DNA of 63,697 nucleotides, filler included, from Folioceros fuciformis (Eukaryota), in assembly GCA_049999805.1 (NCBI GenBank). It is 4 parts of 3 records of this genome, joined end to end, with 100 filler letters (N's around TTAATTAATTAA, not from the genome) between each part and the next. Parts side by side here need not be neighbours in the genome. Positions count along the whole stretch, not along the records: positions 35,743 to 62,395 come from JBNGIO010005475.1; 3 more parts are not named here. One strand, written 5' to 3'. Shown here in pieces: positions 50,365-62,495 of this stretch. Under the pieces are notes generated by a model. That model had not been told where the DNA came from, did no database searches, and saw nothing but the letters and a program-made list of their open reading frames with translations. The stretch's first letter is position 1, and the number at the start of each line of letters is the position of its first letter. The position numbers were made by a program, and so were the translations under genes.

Positions 50365-50770
50365 ATGGCGGAACAGTTCCAGCAGACCAAGGATGCCGCT
50401 GCCCGCAAGGCGGACGAGACAGCTGCGTTCGGGCAAGAGAAGGCTGGAGAGGCTCAGTACCACGCCCAGGGCGCGGGCGAGACGGCCAGGGACAAGGCCA
50501 ACGAGGCGGGCGAGGCCGGGAAGGGCGCCTGGGAGAAGACCAAGCAGGGCACTGCCGATACTGGGGGCAATGTCCAGGCCAAGGCTGTGGAGGCCAAGGA
50601 CAAGGCCGGCAACGTCATCCAGCAGGTGTCTTGTTTGTCCTGCCCTGCCTCGCGTGTGTCGTGCTGGCTGGCTGTATGTGTGTGTGATTCGTTCTCACTT
50701 CTCGGTGCATCGCGTGTCTGCATTACAGGCCACCGACAACATAAAGAACGCCTTCTCTGGAAACAAGTGA
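50365..50770 (+). CDS. Group 3 LEA protein, ~100 aa; exons 50365-50625, 50729-50770
   Basis: Hydrophilic A/K/E/Q/G/T-rich 11-mer-like repeats (TKDAAARKADE, ARDKANE, AKDKAG). GT-AG intron gives the C-terminus ATDNIKNAFSGNK. Confidence 0.85.
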
Positions 50771-51469
50771 GTCTCCTGCAACGATTGCTACTTTGGCGGA
50801 GTGCGGTGGATGGTAGTCGGGCTCGTGCACATGTACCATTGCTTAGTAGTGTGCAGAAGTAGCGTGGTCAGTTCATGTTTTGTAAAAAGTGCATTGTCAG
50901 GAAGCGTACATGAGTTTTAGAAAGAAGAATCCTTTGGCTGATCGGTCAGGTTAGAGCATTGTACTGTTACTGTAAGGACTGTAAGGACGTCGTGGACGCT
51001 GTGGCGATGGTGAACCTCCCATTCTCTAGGCGTGGCCCTTGAAGCAGGCAACGTCCTATCTCCTATTTCGGTCTGTGCATAACCTGACTGAACGTCAGGT
51101 TTGAAAACTAAAAATAAATATACGTTTCAAGTCATATTTCTCCCTTGGATAATCCACACTGACGTATTTATACGAAATTATACTGAAGAATCTACCACTT
51201 TCGATACTGAGCCCATGAATTTGTATTTGTAGCCTCCATCGGGTCATTTTCATAGTCATTCTTACTCTTATACATTTTAATAATCATTCTTATTCTCAGG
51301 CTATACATTTTCACATTCTTACTTAGGGTATATTCAACCTTCTTCTATGCAAAGGGTATATTCAACCTTCTTCTATGCAAAATGATAGCTTCCAACCAAG
51401 CCATAGTATGACTGAATATGGAGCAGTACGACTGAATATGGAGCAGTACGTTGGAGCAGTACAGCCCCA

Positions 51470-51900
51470 CCGAATAATATAGCCCTAATACCATAGTATA
51501 CTAACACCACCTAGTATAGCCCACCTAGTATACTAACCACCACCTAGTATACTAACACCACCTAGTATAGCCCACCTAGTATACTAACACCACCTAGTAT
51601 AGCCCACCTAGTATTCTAACACCACCTAGTATAGCTAGTATACTAACACCACCTAGTATAGCCCTAACACCAACACCGAATAGTATAGCCCTAAAACTAG
51701 TATAGCCCTAACACCAACACGGAATAGTATAGCCCTAACACCAACACNNNNNNNNNNTATAGCCCTAACACCAACACGGAATAGTATAGCCCTAACACCA
51801 ACACCGAATAGTATAGCCCTAACACCAACACCGAATAGTATAGCCCTAACACCGTACAATATAGCCCTAACATCAAATAGTATAGCCCTAACATCAAACA
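51470..51900. repeat. Minisatellite: CACCTAGTATA(CTAACAC/GCC) units grading into 27-bp TATAGCCCTAACACCAACACSGAATAG units
   Basis: Direct tandem repetition visible. Contains a small N gap. Confidence 0.9.
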
Positions 51901-52044
51901 AGCCACAATAGCTAGGGCTGTACTTGCAGACAAGGGCAGTCTACAAATCAACAAAACTACCAAGGGTAGTGCCTCTAACCTTCCTACACCTCCACCCCTT
52001 GCACGCCACATGCATCCCTAAACTAGGCAATCCCTAGCACCAGA

Positions 52045-52180
52045 GGTAGCCTCAACTTTTGCAGCACACTTGGCCTCAACTTTTGCAGCACACTTGGCCT
52101 CAACTTTTGCAGCACACTTGGCCTCAACTTTTGCAGCACACTTGGCCTCAACTTTTGTAGCACACTTGGCCTCAACTTTG
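52045..52180. repeat. 24-bp tandem repeat, about 5 copies
   Basis: CTTGGCCTCAACTTTTGCAGCACA repeated. Confidence 0.92.
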
Positions 52181-52249
52181 CCTTTAGCTTTTGTGGAATA
52201 CCTTCCAATGACTCTACGAAGCCTAGGTTGTTGTGCAAAGCATGTACCG

Positions 52250-52610
52250 CATTGGCTAGGGTCGCCATGATGTTGTCTCCGTTGGTGCCTGGCTAGGATC
52301 GCTATGATGTTGTCTCCATTGGTGCCTCGCTAGAGTTGCCGTGAAGTTGTCTCCATTGGTGCCTCGCTAGGGTCGCCGTGACGTTGTCTCCGTTGGTGCC
52401 TCNNNNNNNNNNGTTGGTGCCTCGCTAGGGTCGCCGTGACGTTGTCTCCGTTGGTGCCTCGCTAGGGTTGCCGTGACAATGTCTCCGTTGGTGCCTCGCT
52501 ATGGTCGCCGTGACGTTGTTTCCGTTGGTGCCTCGTTAGGGTCGCCTCGCTGTTGTCTCCGTTGGTGCCTCGCTAGGGTTGCCGTGACGTTTTCTCCTTT
52601 AGTGCCTCCT
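52250..52610. repeat. 37-bp tandem repeat, about 9 copies
   Basis: GTTGTCTCCGTTGGTGCCTCGCTAGGGTCGCCGTGAC repeated, with a small N gap. Confidence 0.92.
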
Positions 52611-54580
52611 TCTGCTATACATCGGGCTTGTGTGCCCCGTGAGCGACCCCTCTGTGGATGCATAGGCATCTCATCCTCCTCCTCTTCAGAGGAGTACAAC
52701 TCAGAGTACGATAGTTCCTACTGTATGTTGGTCTTGTGTGCCTCGAGAGCCACCTCGCCGTGGATGCACTGGCATCTCATCCTACTCCTCTTCAAAGGAG
52801 TACAACTCGGAGGATAACAGTGCCTGACGCTTGCACACCCTCCTCGTTCGCAACTTGCTAGACCTTGAATTACGATCCATATCACCGCCGCGGTGTGCAT
52901 CATGTCATGTACCATTGCTTGGAGTACCACGAGGACCGCCTCTACAACCTCCAATGTGTCTAGCATTACTCGCCTCCAACTCCATTTGCAGAACACTCCC
53001 CCCACAACTAGGTTTAGTGCAAGCTTTCCGCTCAAGTGGTGCCTTCAAAAATAAGATAATTTGATGAGGTTGACATAGGTTGATGAATGAGAGGAAAGAG
53101 AATAAAGAGAGGTTGATGAATGAGAGGGACAGAGAATAAAGTTAACTTGACTAATCATGATTAACAGATGATAAAAATAAGGAAACTTTGTACGAAAATA
53201 AGATGTTATTGGTTCATAAGGACACAAAGGGGTGTTGTCTACCATACTCGAGGCGCTTAATCACCACGATCGCCCTTGTATCACTCACTGCGCGTGGGTC
53301 ACGTGTGTGTGCGCTTTTGGCCCAAGCCGTTCCGAGGGCAACACACATTAGCTCGTGTTGCAACCGTCTGACGACGGAGACTACAACAGATTTGGTACTA
53401 CCCGCAAACAAAACAAGATCAAACCAATGCCTCCACAGCATCAGTGAGATCACGCTGACGTTACTTCTTGATGCGGCTTTCAAATTACAGTGGTTTGACG
53501 CGATACGCAGCAGCGGGGACGTGTTTGCTGAGAATTCAGCGAGGATACGACATTCCGTATGCCGGAGATGTGCACCCTCGCGATGTACTGGTAGATCCTT
53601 GACTTCCTCCTCCTATTTGTCACGTTGTCCGTCAAACTTCTTGAGGATCCTTTTCAACGATGGTAAAATTTGAAGGCGCTATATGAGAGTTGAGGCTTGT
53701 GTGTACAATACCTGCAGCAATTGCCCGTGCATTTGTTGTGTCACTGACGGATAATGGACGCGACACTAGCTTGACTTAAGGAAGAATTCTATCTACAGGG
53801 AAGATCGAAACCAAGTCTTCACAAGGAGGCTGCAACTGATTTGACAGGGCGAGGAAAAGGATATTGTACAAGTTCTGAAGCTCTCGAAGTGGACGGGTCC
53901 CTGGGTGAAGAAGGTAAGTGGCTAGGAGTGAGCAGTATAAATTCTCAAATGAGTTATTGGATGTACGTGTGATGAACATCTTTTCCCGGCGATGAAAGAG
54001 GGTTGATATTTCAAGTTAAAGGAGGGAGAAAAATGTTGGAGCCGACATCGCTTGGACGCGCACGATGTTTGCAGTAAACTGATTTATTCTCTTCACCAAA
54101 AGCTAGACTACAAAAGTTGTGACAAGCAATTCTAGATTTGAGACGCAGAATGACAGGGGCAAAGGTACGATGCCCCTTGTGCAATACCAGTCTCTCACAA
54201 CTTGCAGATCCAGATCCACGGCAAACTGGCCATAACCATAGCCAACCCAAAACTGCACAAACTTACAAGCCCGCGAGACAGCAAACCTGCCAATTTTACA
54301 TCTGACTACTCCTACTTTACGTACAAAAGGTTACAATCTGCAACTAGTCTCAGGTGAGATGACCTCCACATCCCTGATTCTCGTGCTCCCGGATGTCCGC
54401 CCACAAATTTCCCCGCCCTTCAACAATCCACCAGACGATTTTTCATAAGATCCACGGAATGTCACCATTCTAATGGTGTGCATTGCTGAATGCAGTGCTT
54501 GGATCACGATTAGAGGGAGCCACACGAGGGTCGACGTCAACAGTTACCTTGGCCAGGCATGTACACAGCATTCATGGCCA

Positions 54581-55264
54581 CTACCCATGGTCGCCGCCGC
54601 CTCCATAGCTGCCCCCTCCGTGGTCGCCACCTCCTCCATAGCCACCGTTGCCGTGGTCGCCGCCTCCTCCATAGCCACCATGGCCGTAGCCTCCACCTCC
54701 ATAGCCGCCGTGGTCACCACCTCCTCCATAGCCACCATGGCCGTATCCGCCACCTCCATAGCCACCGTGGCCGTAGCCACCACCTCCATAACCGCCGTGG
54801 CCGTAGCCGCCACCTCCATAGCCGCCGTGGCCGTAGCCACCGCCTCCTCCATAGCCGCCATCTCCTCCATAGCCGCCGTTGCCGCCTCCTCCATATCCTC
54901 CTCCGTAGCCGCGGTCGTCACCACCACCGTAGCCTCCGTGGCCGTGGCCGCCGCCACCCCCACCGTAGCCTCCATGGCCGTGGTCGCCACCACCCCCACC
55001 GTAGCCTCCGTGGCCGTGGTCGCCACCACCCCCACCGTAGCCTCCGTGGCCATGGTCGCCACCACCCCCACCGTAGCCTCCGTGGCCGTGGCCGCCACCA
55101 CCTCCACCGTAGCCTCCCTTCCCGTGGTCGCCACCTCCTTCGTAGCCGCCATCCCGGCTCTCCGGGTCGTCAGCGAGCACTCGTGCGCCATGGACGTAAA
55201 GGGGCGCCAGCAGTGGTAGCAGCAGCAACAGGACGAGCAGCAGCACGCCCAGACTGGGCGCCAT
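54581..55264 (-). CDS. Secreted glycine-rich protein with GGYGGGG(G/D)HG(H) repeats
   Basis: Hydrophobic signal peptide MAPSLGVLLLVLLLLLPLL..HG followed by ARVLA (typical of plant GRPs), then ~190 aa of Gly/Tyr/His/Asp repeats. Alternative start at 55279. Confidence 0.88.
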   Translation of the reverse strand: MAPSLGVLLLVLLLLLPLLAPLYVHGARVLADDPESRDGGYEGGGDHGKGGYGGGGGGHGHGGYGGGGGDHGHGGYGGGGGDHGHGGYGGGGGDHGHGGYGGGGGGHGHGGYGGGDDRGYGGGYGGGGNGGYGGDGGYGGGGGYGHGGYGGGGYGHGGYGGGGYGHGGYGGGGYGHGGYGGGGDHGGYGGGGYGHGGYGGGGDHGNGGYGGGGDHGGGSYGGGGDHG

Positions 55265-57264
55265 CTTGTGACCCTTCATTGCTGGCAGCGCTGTCGACCG
55301 ATCAATGACTCCGCTGGAACGAGGACGAGAATGCGCGGGAGCTGCTTGCTGTCGCGATCGCAGGCAAATTGCGAGTAATGCACACACCAGCTGTGAGATC
55401 TCTGCCTTGTGATTTGTGTGGGCGAGCTCGGCCGTTATATGTACCGTCGTCCAAGCTACAACCGGACCTGGATATTCATTCACCAAGCTGACTTGCTGCT
55501 CCAGTGAGCTGCAGTTCGAGGTCTACAGGTTCCTGTCAACCATACCACGGCGTCGACCTCTTAACTGCCAGTCCCGGCACCGCCCAGCATCAGAGGGCCT
55601 GCTAGCTGTCGATCGACTCCATATGGCCGTGAAGACTCAGATGATGGGGTGACTACTCGGGTCACGTCCTCGTATTCAAAGGATGTTGTGATAAATGTTG
55701 CAATATCAGCCTCCAGTTGTCAGTCCTATGTTGGTTAGGCCCACTAAAACGATCACCACAAGTAGCCCTGTCCTCCTTCCTGCCTGCCTTCTGCCTTCTT
55801 GCATTGGCCTTAGTTTCCGAAATTCCTTCAGCCAGGTTCGAATGATTTGCCAGACGATTTCTGTTGAGTCGATGAGTATGGCATTCCCGCGAGAGTTTGA
55901 ACCAAGGGATGTGGACTTTCAAACCATTGGACAGGTTTGGCAACAAGAACGCAGCGAACCTCGCTATCTGAAGTCAAGTCATCGACACCGGAAAGCTCTG
56001 GGATTCGGCAGAGTAGTACAGAAAGAACACAAATCTAAATTAAAATTAAACCTGGTGTGCTTCTTTGATGCTGCAAATGTTTACATACATACTGATGACC
56101 AAAGTGGTCTCACAAACAGGGCACTCCTTGCAATGGCCATAGTAATCTGCAGTCACCCTGGGTCCTGCTGTACAGAAGCTGCAATAATAGGCGTTCCATC
56201 ACACAGTGTTGGGCATAGGCAATCTCCCACTAATCGTCCACAAGTCTACCATACTTTGCATATCCATGTGGTCAACCGGGAAGTGATACCGGCAAATACA
56301 TGTTGCTGTGCAGCACAGCATCCCTGGCCGCGGAAGTGAGTTGCAGCGCACCATCAACGCTCGCCAACGGATCCCACACGTTGGTGAGTTGGGAGAAAAG
56401 ATAATAAACTCTTGAGGTTCCCCGGCCGAAGAACGACATCAACGCCATGGCCCTTACGAGCTGACTTCACCTTTCACGCTCACAGAATCGACACCAGCCG
56501 AACGGCAATCCAAAGACTAGTGATACATCGATCGATGCAGAAGGAAACAAGTCACCTGGATCTCCAAGTTTCCACACACGCACATCGTTATCGTTCCAGC
56601 ACGATCTGTTCACTTCCTTGTCTTCCTCCCCGCTTCTGTGTAGGCTGCTTTCTAGGACCTTGCACACCCGACGCAATACAAATTTTCCTTCCCAACAACA
56701 AGAAACCCCCTAGACTTGTGGTTCCCTTGCATCTCCGGCCTCCGGATCCTCTCCCCTTGCTTCGTGGAGCCAATGGCGTGCGCCTGAGGTCAGACCTTCG
56801 GAGCTCCTGGCAAAGACGTCCGTATACTCTCGGTGTGCATAGCTATGTATCCATCATCTCGATGTGCATAACTATGTCTTTCCCCGAACGACATGCAGAT
56901 GTGGTGTTACGCAGAGAGCCTGACATTCTAGAGGTCTGGAAAGCTTGTCGTCCCCACTCATCATTACTGCAGACGACGACGCGGCCAGAAACACGCTGTT
57001 GCGTGGACAGGCCACCGACAAATGCCGAGCTGGAAAGTGAAGGCGATGGATGGAGATGTCGGCCCACACATCTTCATCATCGCGTGGACTGTTCACCTCC
57101 ATATCGAACTTTATCCATTCGTCCTTTGGGTATCCTTGCCGCATGGTGGAAAAGCAGCCTTTGAAGTGAATAATCTTCTTGGTCGCTTGTAGTATTCACA
57201 TCCAGCCCAAATCGGTTTATCCTGTCTTCCTGTGCATACCGTGGGCTGAGGGACATTTCGCAGG

Positions 57265-58497
57265 ATGTCTGGCCAGATCTTGCTGTGTGTCATAGTTGTG
57301 CTGAGTTATGGTGGGGTGAAGGTTAATACTCTTGAGGACACGCCGCTGTCGCCCACCTTCCAGAACATTCCCGGCGGGACATACGCGATCTGGCAGATTC
57401 CGGCGCAGCCTCGGGCCATCCTCTTTCTGGCGCACGGGAGGCTCCACGAGCGGGCGGAGAATTTCTGGGATGCAGTCCCCGCCTGTGCCGTCTGCTCCAG
57501 CTTGCCGGAGGAGAGGCTGGTGACCAAGGCTGCCCTGGGACGAGGCTACGCGGTCATCTCCATTCAGGCCGGCGCCGGCGGGAGCAGCGAATGGAGCCTC
57601 AGCCCGGACCCAAGGGAGAACCAGGATGTGCGCATGGTGGTCCGTTTCCTGCAGCAGTGGAGAAGAGAGCAACGGCTGCAACACCTCCCGCTCACGGTAA
57701 TGGGGGTTTCGCACGGTGGGAGCTTCGCCAGCGTGCTGGCGCTCGCCTCGGACCTGCATATCACAGGCATGCTCTTTATGGTGTCCATGGGGGAGGATTC
57801 CGCTGTGGAAGCCGCGCAGGCCGCCTCCTATCCTCCCGTTTTCTACCTCCGTGTAAGTGCATCATCGTGAGCAGAATCGGCCCGTCCAAGGCTTGCCGCA
57901 TTGCCCCTCGAGCATCACCATTGTCACGCTTTGTTGTTGTTGAATACATCTTGAACGACATGGGCTGACGAATGTGGGGACGTCCCTCCTTGGCTGCAGA
58001 TGCCCCAGGACCAAGCGAGTGACCAGGCAATTCTGCGTAACATGCAAGAGCTAGGTGCCAAGGGTATTGCAGTGGAGGCCGTTGTGTGCGACCCGCTTCC
58101 CATCAACGAGACCTTTTTCACAGAGCGGATCGTGGGACTGGAAGCCCCTGTTTCAGCGGCGGTGTACCAGGCTCTGCTCGAGCACGAGTATCTGGATTCC
58201 GATGGCTTCCTGAGGCCACCTGAGCCAGGGACTTGGGAGACAGAACCTGCGGGGAATCGGGTGGGGGGTTCGTGGGACTTCCCCGCCCTGGTTGAGTCTC
58301 TGCATTTGCTGCCGGCGCCGGTGGGCAATTCGGAGTGGCCATGGGTGGAAGAGTCGGTTGCCATGGAGCTCAGCTTGGCTTGCGCCTTTCATGCCTGCAC
58401 CAGTTTGAAGTCTACCGAGATGCTGGACTGGCTGGACGCTACGTGGAATAATGCTAGCAGTGCGTCGGCTCAGACACAATCGTGGGCCGTGCTTTGA
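57265..58497 (+). CDS. Uncharacterised plant alpha/beta-hydrolase-fold protein; exons 57265-57852, 58000-58497
   Basis: N-terminal hydrophobic segment, WQIP..PRAILFLAHG, NFWD..C..C.LPEER, GVSHGG nucleophile elbow, MPQD, C-terminal AFH. Phase-0 GT-AG intron joins the two ORFs. Confidence 0.75.
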
Positions 58498-58949
58498 TCA
58501 AATGCCCAATCCGATTCCAAACACCTGCTTGTAGGACATTAGGTTGGGAAAATTCGTTTGCATACACTGGGCCCTGCCGAACTGGGAACCCTCCCTAAAC
58601 GGGACCTTCGGCCCTGCTCCCCATGATTTACTGCATTAAAATGCCAGGCTAAATGATAATCAGGACCTTTTTAAACACATACATTCTTTTAATTAGATTT
58701 TTTCATAAATTGGATAATATGTTATTTATTAAATATATTACAAGCTGGTTATAAATAGAATTTTATTTTATTTTCCTAAAAAGTTGTTGCATGCCTCCTT
58801 AGGGAACAAGCTAGTGTGGCATGCATCACAGCTTGATTAAAGGGCAAAAGAGAGAATTGTATAAGAAATGCAAGAAACCTTGTTCCTTTAAAAAAAAACT
58901 GCCGGTGGTTGGTAGACCAGATATGACATTTAGTCGTCGTTGGGTAGCT

Positions 58950-60340
58950 AAATGGAAGTGAAGAAATGGCTTCAAATCTTTTGTGAGACGTGAAGAAGTA
59001 GGAAGGAAGTGAAAGTAGCAAGGAAGCCATTTGTCCCCTACTAAAGGTGAAGATGTAGATGACTTATCACAAAGCTGCCCAATAGGAAACCAAAATTGAT
59101 GATAATTTTCAATGACTATTGATGTATGTAGGTACAAGCTTGTGGGCATGAACCTTGGTGTGATGACTTTCTTCAACCTCATGACATTGATAATATTGCA
59201 TCAACTATCATCATAGACTTTTTACCAATACCATCAATGTCCAAACAATGAGGTAAGTGTGCAGATGTGGATAGAAGCTCATAGTAACATCATATGGTAC
59301 CATTCCAATTCATCCACTTTTACACTAAGATGTAAACAACCTTTCAAAGGTATACGATCCTTCAATTTGGAAACAATAGTGTGATCTCACTTGATGCCGT
59401 TTTTGGCACCAATGAGTATAAGTTCCACTTGTACACCTTGTCAGTCTTTGATAAACATTATAGCTTAGTCCTTGCTACTTAGGTTATTGTACACAATGGT
59501 AAATTTGAGGATAGGTAAGCATGGTATTATGCTTTTCAAAGGCATATGTAGCAACATAGTCCACTATGGTAGCTCAATGCTTTCTTTTTGGATGATGTTT
59601 CTACTGAAATAGGTGCTTGGCAAGCCACTTGGGAAGCTGCTTCACCACCAATCTTGCTATATTTCTGGCATGTTAGAAAATGTTGGCTATATCATCTCTT
59701 CCTTAATGTCTTAATGTTAGCTGATGAAGAACAAGAGTGGGTATCTTTAGTCACCTAGTTGACATCATTTATGTTTCTTGTTGTTGGCACATAGAAGATG
59801 AGGCACATAGAAGATGAGGCTAGGAAGTTGCTATAATAATTATACGAAGTATGAAAGAGAAGCTCCAGAGTTCATTCATTACTTTAAGAATCAATGGGAG
59901 GGAATACTACTTATGGGGCTTAAATATTCCAAGATCATGCCATATGTTGGCTAGGATTGCAATTCGTCAATTGAAGCTAGCTGAGCTATGAATTTAGGCA
60001 TTTGCAAGGTTATCGTATGGATTGGTTGCTCCATACACTAACGAATAATAAGCAAAGTGTATTGGCACAAGCACTTCACAAAACAACATGGCTTTCTTAG
60101 CATAATGTAAGGCAAGAGGTTATTATCGAAATTGTAATCATGGGCTCTCTATCCATACCTAAAGACTATGTCACACTTCCTACTAGCGATCAAAAACCGT
60201 CTTATGTGAAACGTCCTATAGGATCAAAGGCTAGATCTACATAGTTTATAATTCTGTAAGGGACTGAGCATGCTACAATTGTCTAGAGAAATGTGAGGCT
60301 TTTTCAGCAAACACCAAGCAAAGGTATTACGAATGAAAGG
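58950..60340 (+). mobile_element. Decayed Mutator-like (MULE/SWIM) transposase
   Basis: ISLDAVFGTNEYKFHLYTLSVFDKH (~59384), FFLDD..EI..FWHVRKCW, MDWLLHTL, SWIM-like remnant near 60270-60330. Many stops. Weak TIR-like GGCCCTG..ATTTAC at 58610 and its inverse at 62329-62352. Confidence 0.75.
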
Positions 60341-62395
60341 GCAATTGCATTCAACTCAAGACCTCCTCTGCACGCTTGTATCTTATAGTGCTTGAACAAA
60401 CACTGAACCTTGTCCTATAGAAGAGGACACGAGATGTATTAGAGGGGTGCAAGCTTTCAAAAACCCTCAAGCTATGCCACATAAATGTTCATACATAGAT
60501 TGGGAGCATACCATTCAAACACTACAGGATCTCATATGATATGCAGATCCTTCTTTGGTACAACATGCATATGCTGTAGCCAACATTTTGTTATGTTGAC
60601 TATGACAACTAGAAGCCTGATTAAGTGGAGAACAAACGATGAATTCTATTGAGCTCAACAAAATGGACAAAGGTCTCGACGAAAGTTTGAAATAGGAGAA
60701 GAGCATTATCAAGCTTGGAACCACTTGGAAAGCATCCGCAAAAGGTGAGGAAGGAGAAGATGTCCACAATCCTCATGCGATATGAGAATCAAATGTGATT
60801 GTGGTCAGGAATTAGCTTTTGTCATCATGTCTTTGAATGATTTTTGTAGGCCCCATACTTGCCCATACACTCCATAGCTTGATTCAAAAAAGCATTCTCA
60901 ATTCCATCTTCAAACTGACCCATCTGTGTTGTGTTTTTGTTGAGAACATTTCGAGCTATGTGTGAAAAAGGAAAACAAACTCACTTTTTTCTCATGAATT
61001 CTTTGAATGTTTAGTGCAAAGCCTATACCTGTTCTTAGGATGTAAGAACATGTTACAAAAATTGCTCTTGTTGTAGGCTTCAAAATGAGCTATCTCAATC
61101 TTCATATGCTTCCATATATGTCTTGCTATATGTCAGAAGACGGCAACCAACACTTTCGTTGAATGTAAGTTTCTGTCTCTATATTTACATGTATACTTTG
61201 CTTCTTGATTAAGAAGAAAGCTCATGCGCTTCAAAATGAGCTATTTCAACTATGCCTTTGGTGTTGACAGAAAACACACTTATCAAAAATCAGATTTGAA
61301 GTGTTTGCCATAGCAGGTTTGAATCTAGTCCACAAACTATGGCGACGATGTCTATGTGGGTTCAAACCCTAGAATACACAAGCATATGTGAGTTGAAAGG
61401 TATGGGTGAATGATTATGCACGTATGAGTTATGGGTGAATGACTACACAGTCTCATGCCATTCTCCATGGCATGCATATTGGTGTCACAGTGGTGGATCC
61501 CATGACTACACACATGTTTGCATTAATATCTGATGAGTTTTAGGAGTCACCCATTGCATTATAGCAAGTAGTAGAACAAGAGTTAGTGAGGCATGGTTCC
61601 ATGTTAGATGGAAGTTCACAGTTTGTTAATCACCTGTTGTGCACACTTTTCATCACACTACTTCGAATTATTCATCTCAATCATGCAAGTTATTCCTCCA
61701 TTATGACCATCCGCCTACAACCTAAGACCTACCTAATTGAGGATAATGTAGCTTGTGACATGGTGGGCAATAAAACTCCTCCATGGCTTGTTATCGAGTA
61801 GAGAATAGAGGAAGGTGCTTGGAGAGGTAGTGGGTAGAAGGGGGGAAGAAGAGCAAATTAGGAACAATTAGAGCTAAGAATGTGGGACAACCTTGTAGAT
61901 TAGGAACAATTTGGGTGGAGAATGTTGTAGCCGCGGAGAATGCAATACCTTCTTAGAGGTAACACGCGTTTGGGGCACACAAGGTACTAACTATACTACG
62001 TACATACACTAGGGCAATATGTATGGTGCATGAAGTTGGGGTAAGGACTAAGTAGTCATTGCTTTTACAATAGTGTTAGCTTGCATATCCATGACAACTA
62101 GAAGGATTAAATATAATATAAAATTATATATATTAAACTTAAAAAACCCTAAAATATGCCACACTCAAAGAGTAAAACCTACTTGAGCAAACCCTAAAAA
62201 AGGTATCCAATGCCTACGCAATTGTCTTGGACAAAACGTCCCTTACATGGGAGAAGGCCATTAAATATAGTGAGATGCATGATAAATATCCACATATTTT
62301 CTTCGAAAATCACTATATGTAGGAACCCGTAAATTATTGGTAGGTCAGGGCCACAAGCATGGAAAGGTGGGGTGCCACAAAGCATGTCTATGAGC

Positions 62396-62495
62396 NNNNN
62401 NNNNNNNNNNNNNNNNNNNNNNNNNNNNNNNNNNNNNNNTTAATTAATTAANNNNNNNNNNNNNNNNNNNNNNNNNNNNNNNNNNNNNNNNNNNN
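62396..62495. other. Artificial scaffold linker
   Basis: Ns with TTAATTAATTAA at 62440-62451. Confidence 0.95.

Noticed and set aside
51650-51900. Interstitial telomere
   Set aside because: CCCTAA occurs once per 27-bp unit, not as tandem telomeric repeats.
52023-52270. KLRPSVLQ- or ASTFAAHL-repeat proteins
   Set aside because: Open frames follow from a 24-bp unit. No other coding evidence.
29052-55264. Desiccation/cuticle gene cluster (DOG1-like, GPAT, LEA, GRP)
   Set aside because: The genes lie on different scaffolds separated by a linker and are interspersed with unrelated genes. No evidence of co-regulation.
54473-55308. Long alternative-frame and antisense ORFs over the GRP
   Set aside because: By-products of stop-free GGN-rich repeats. 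Only the Gly-rich frame has a signal peptide.
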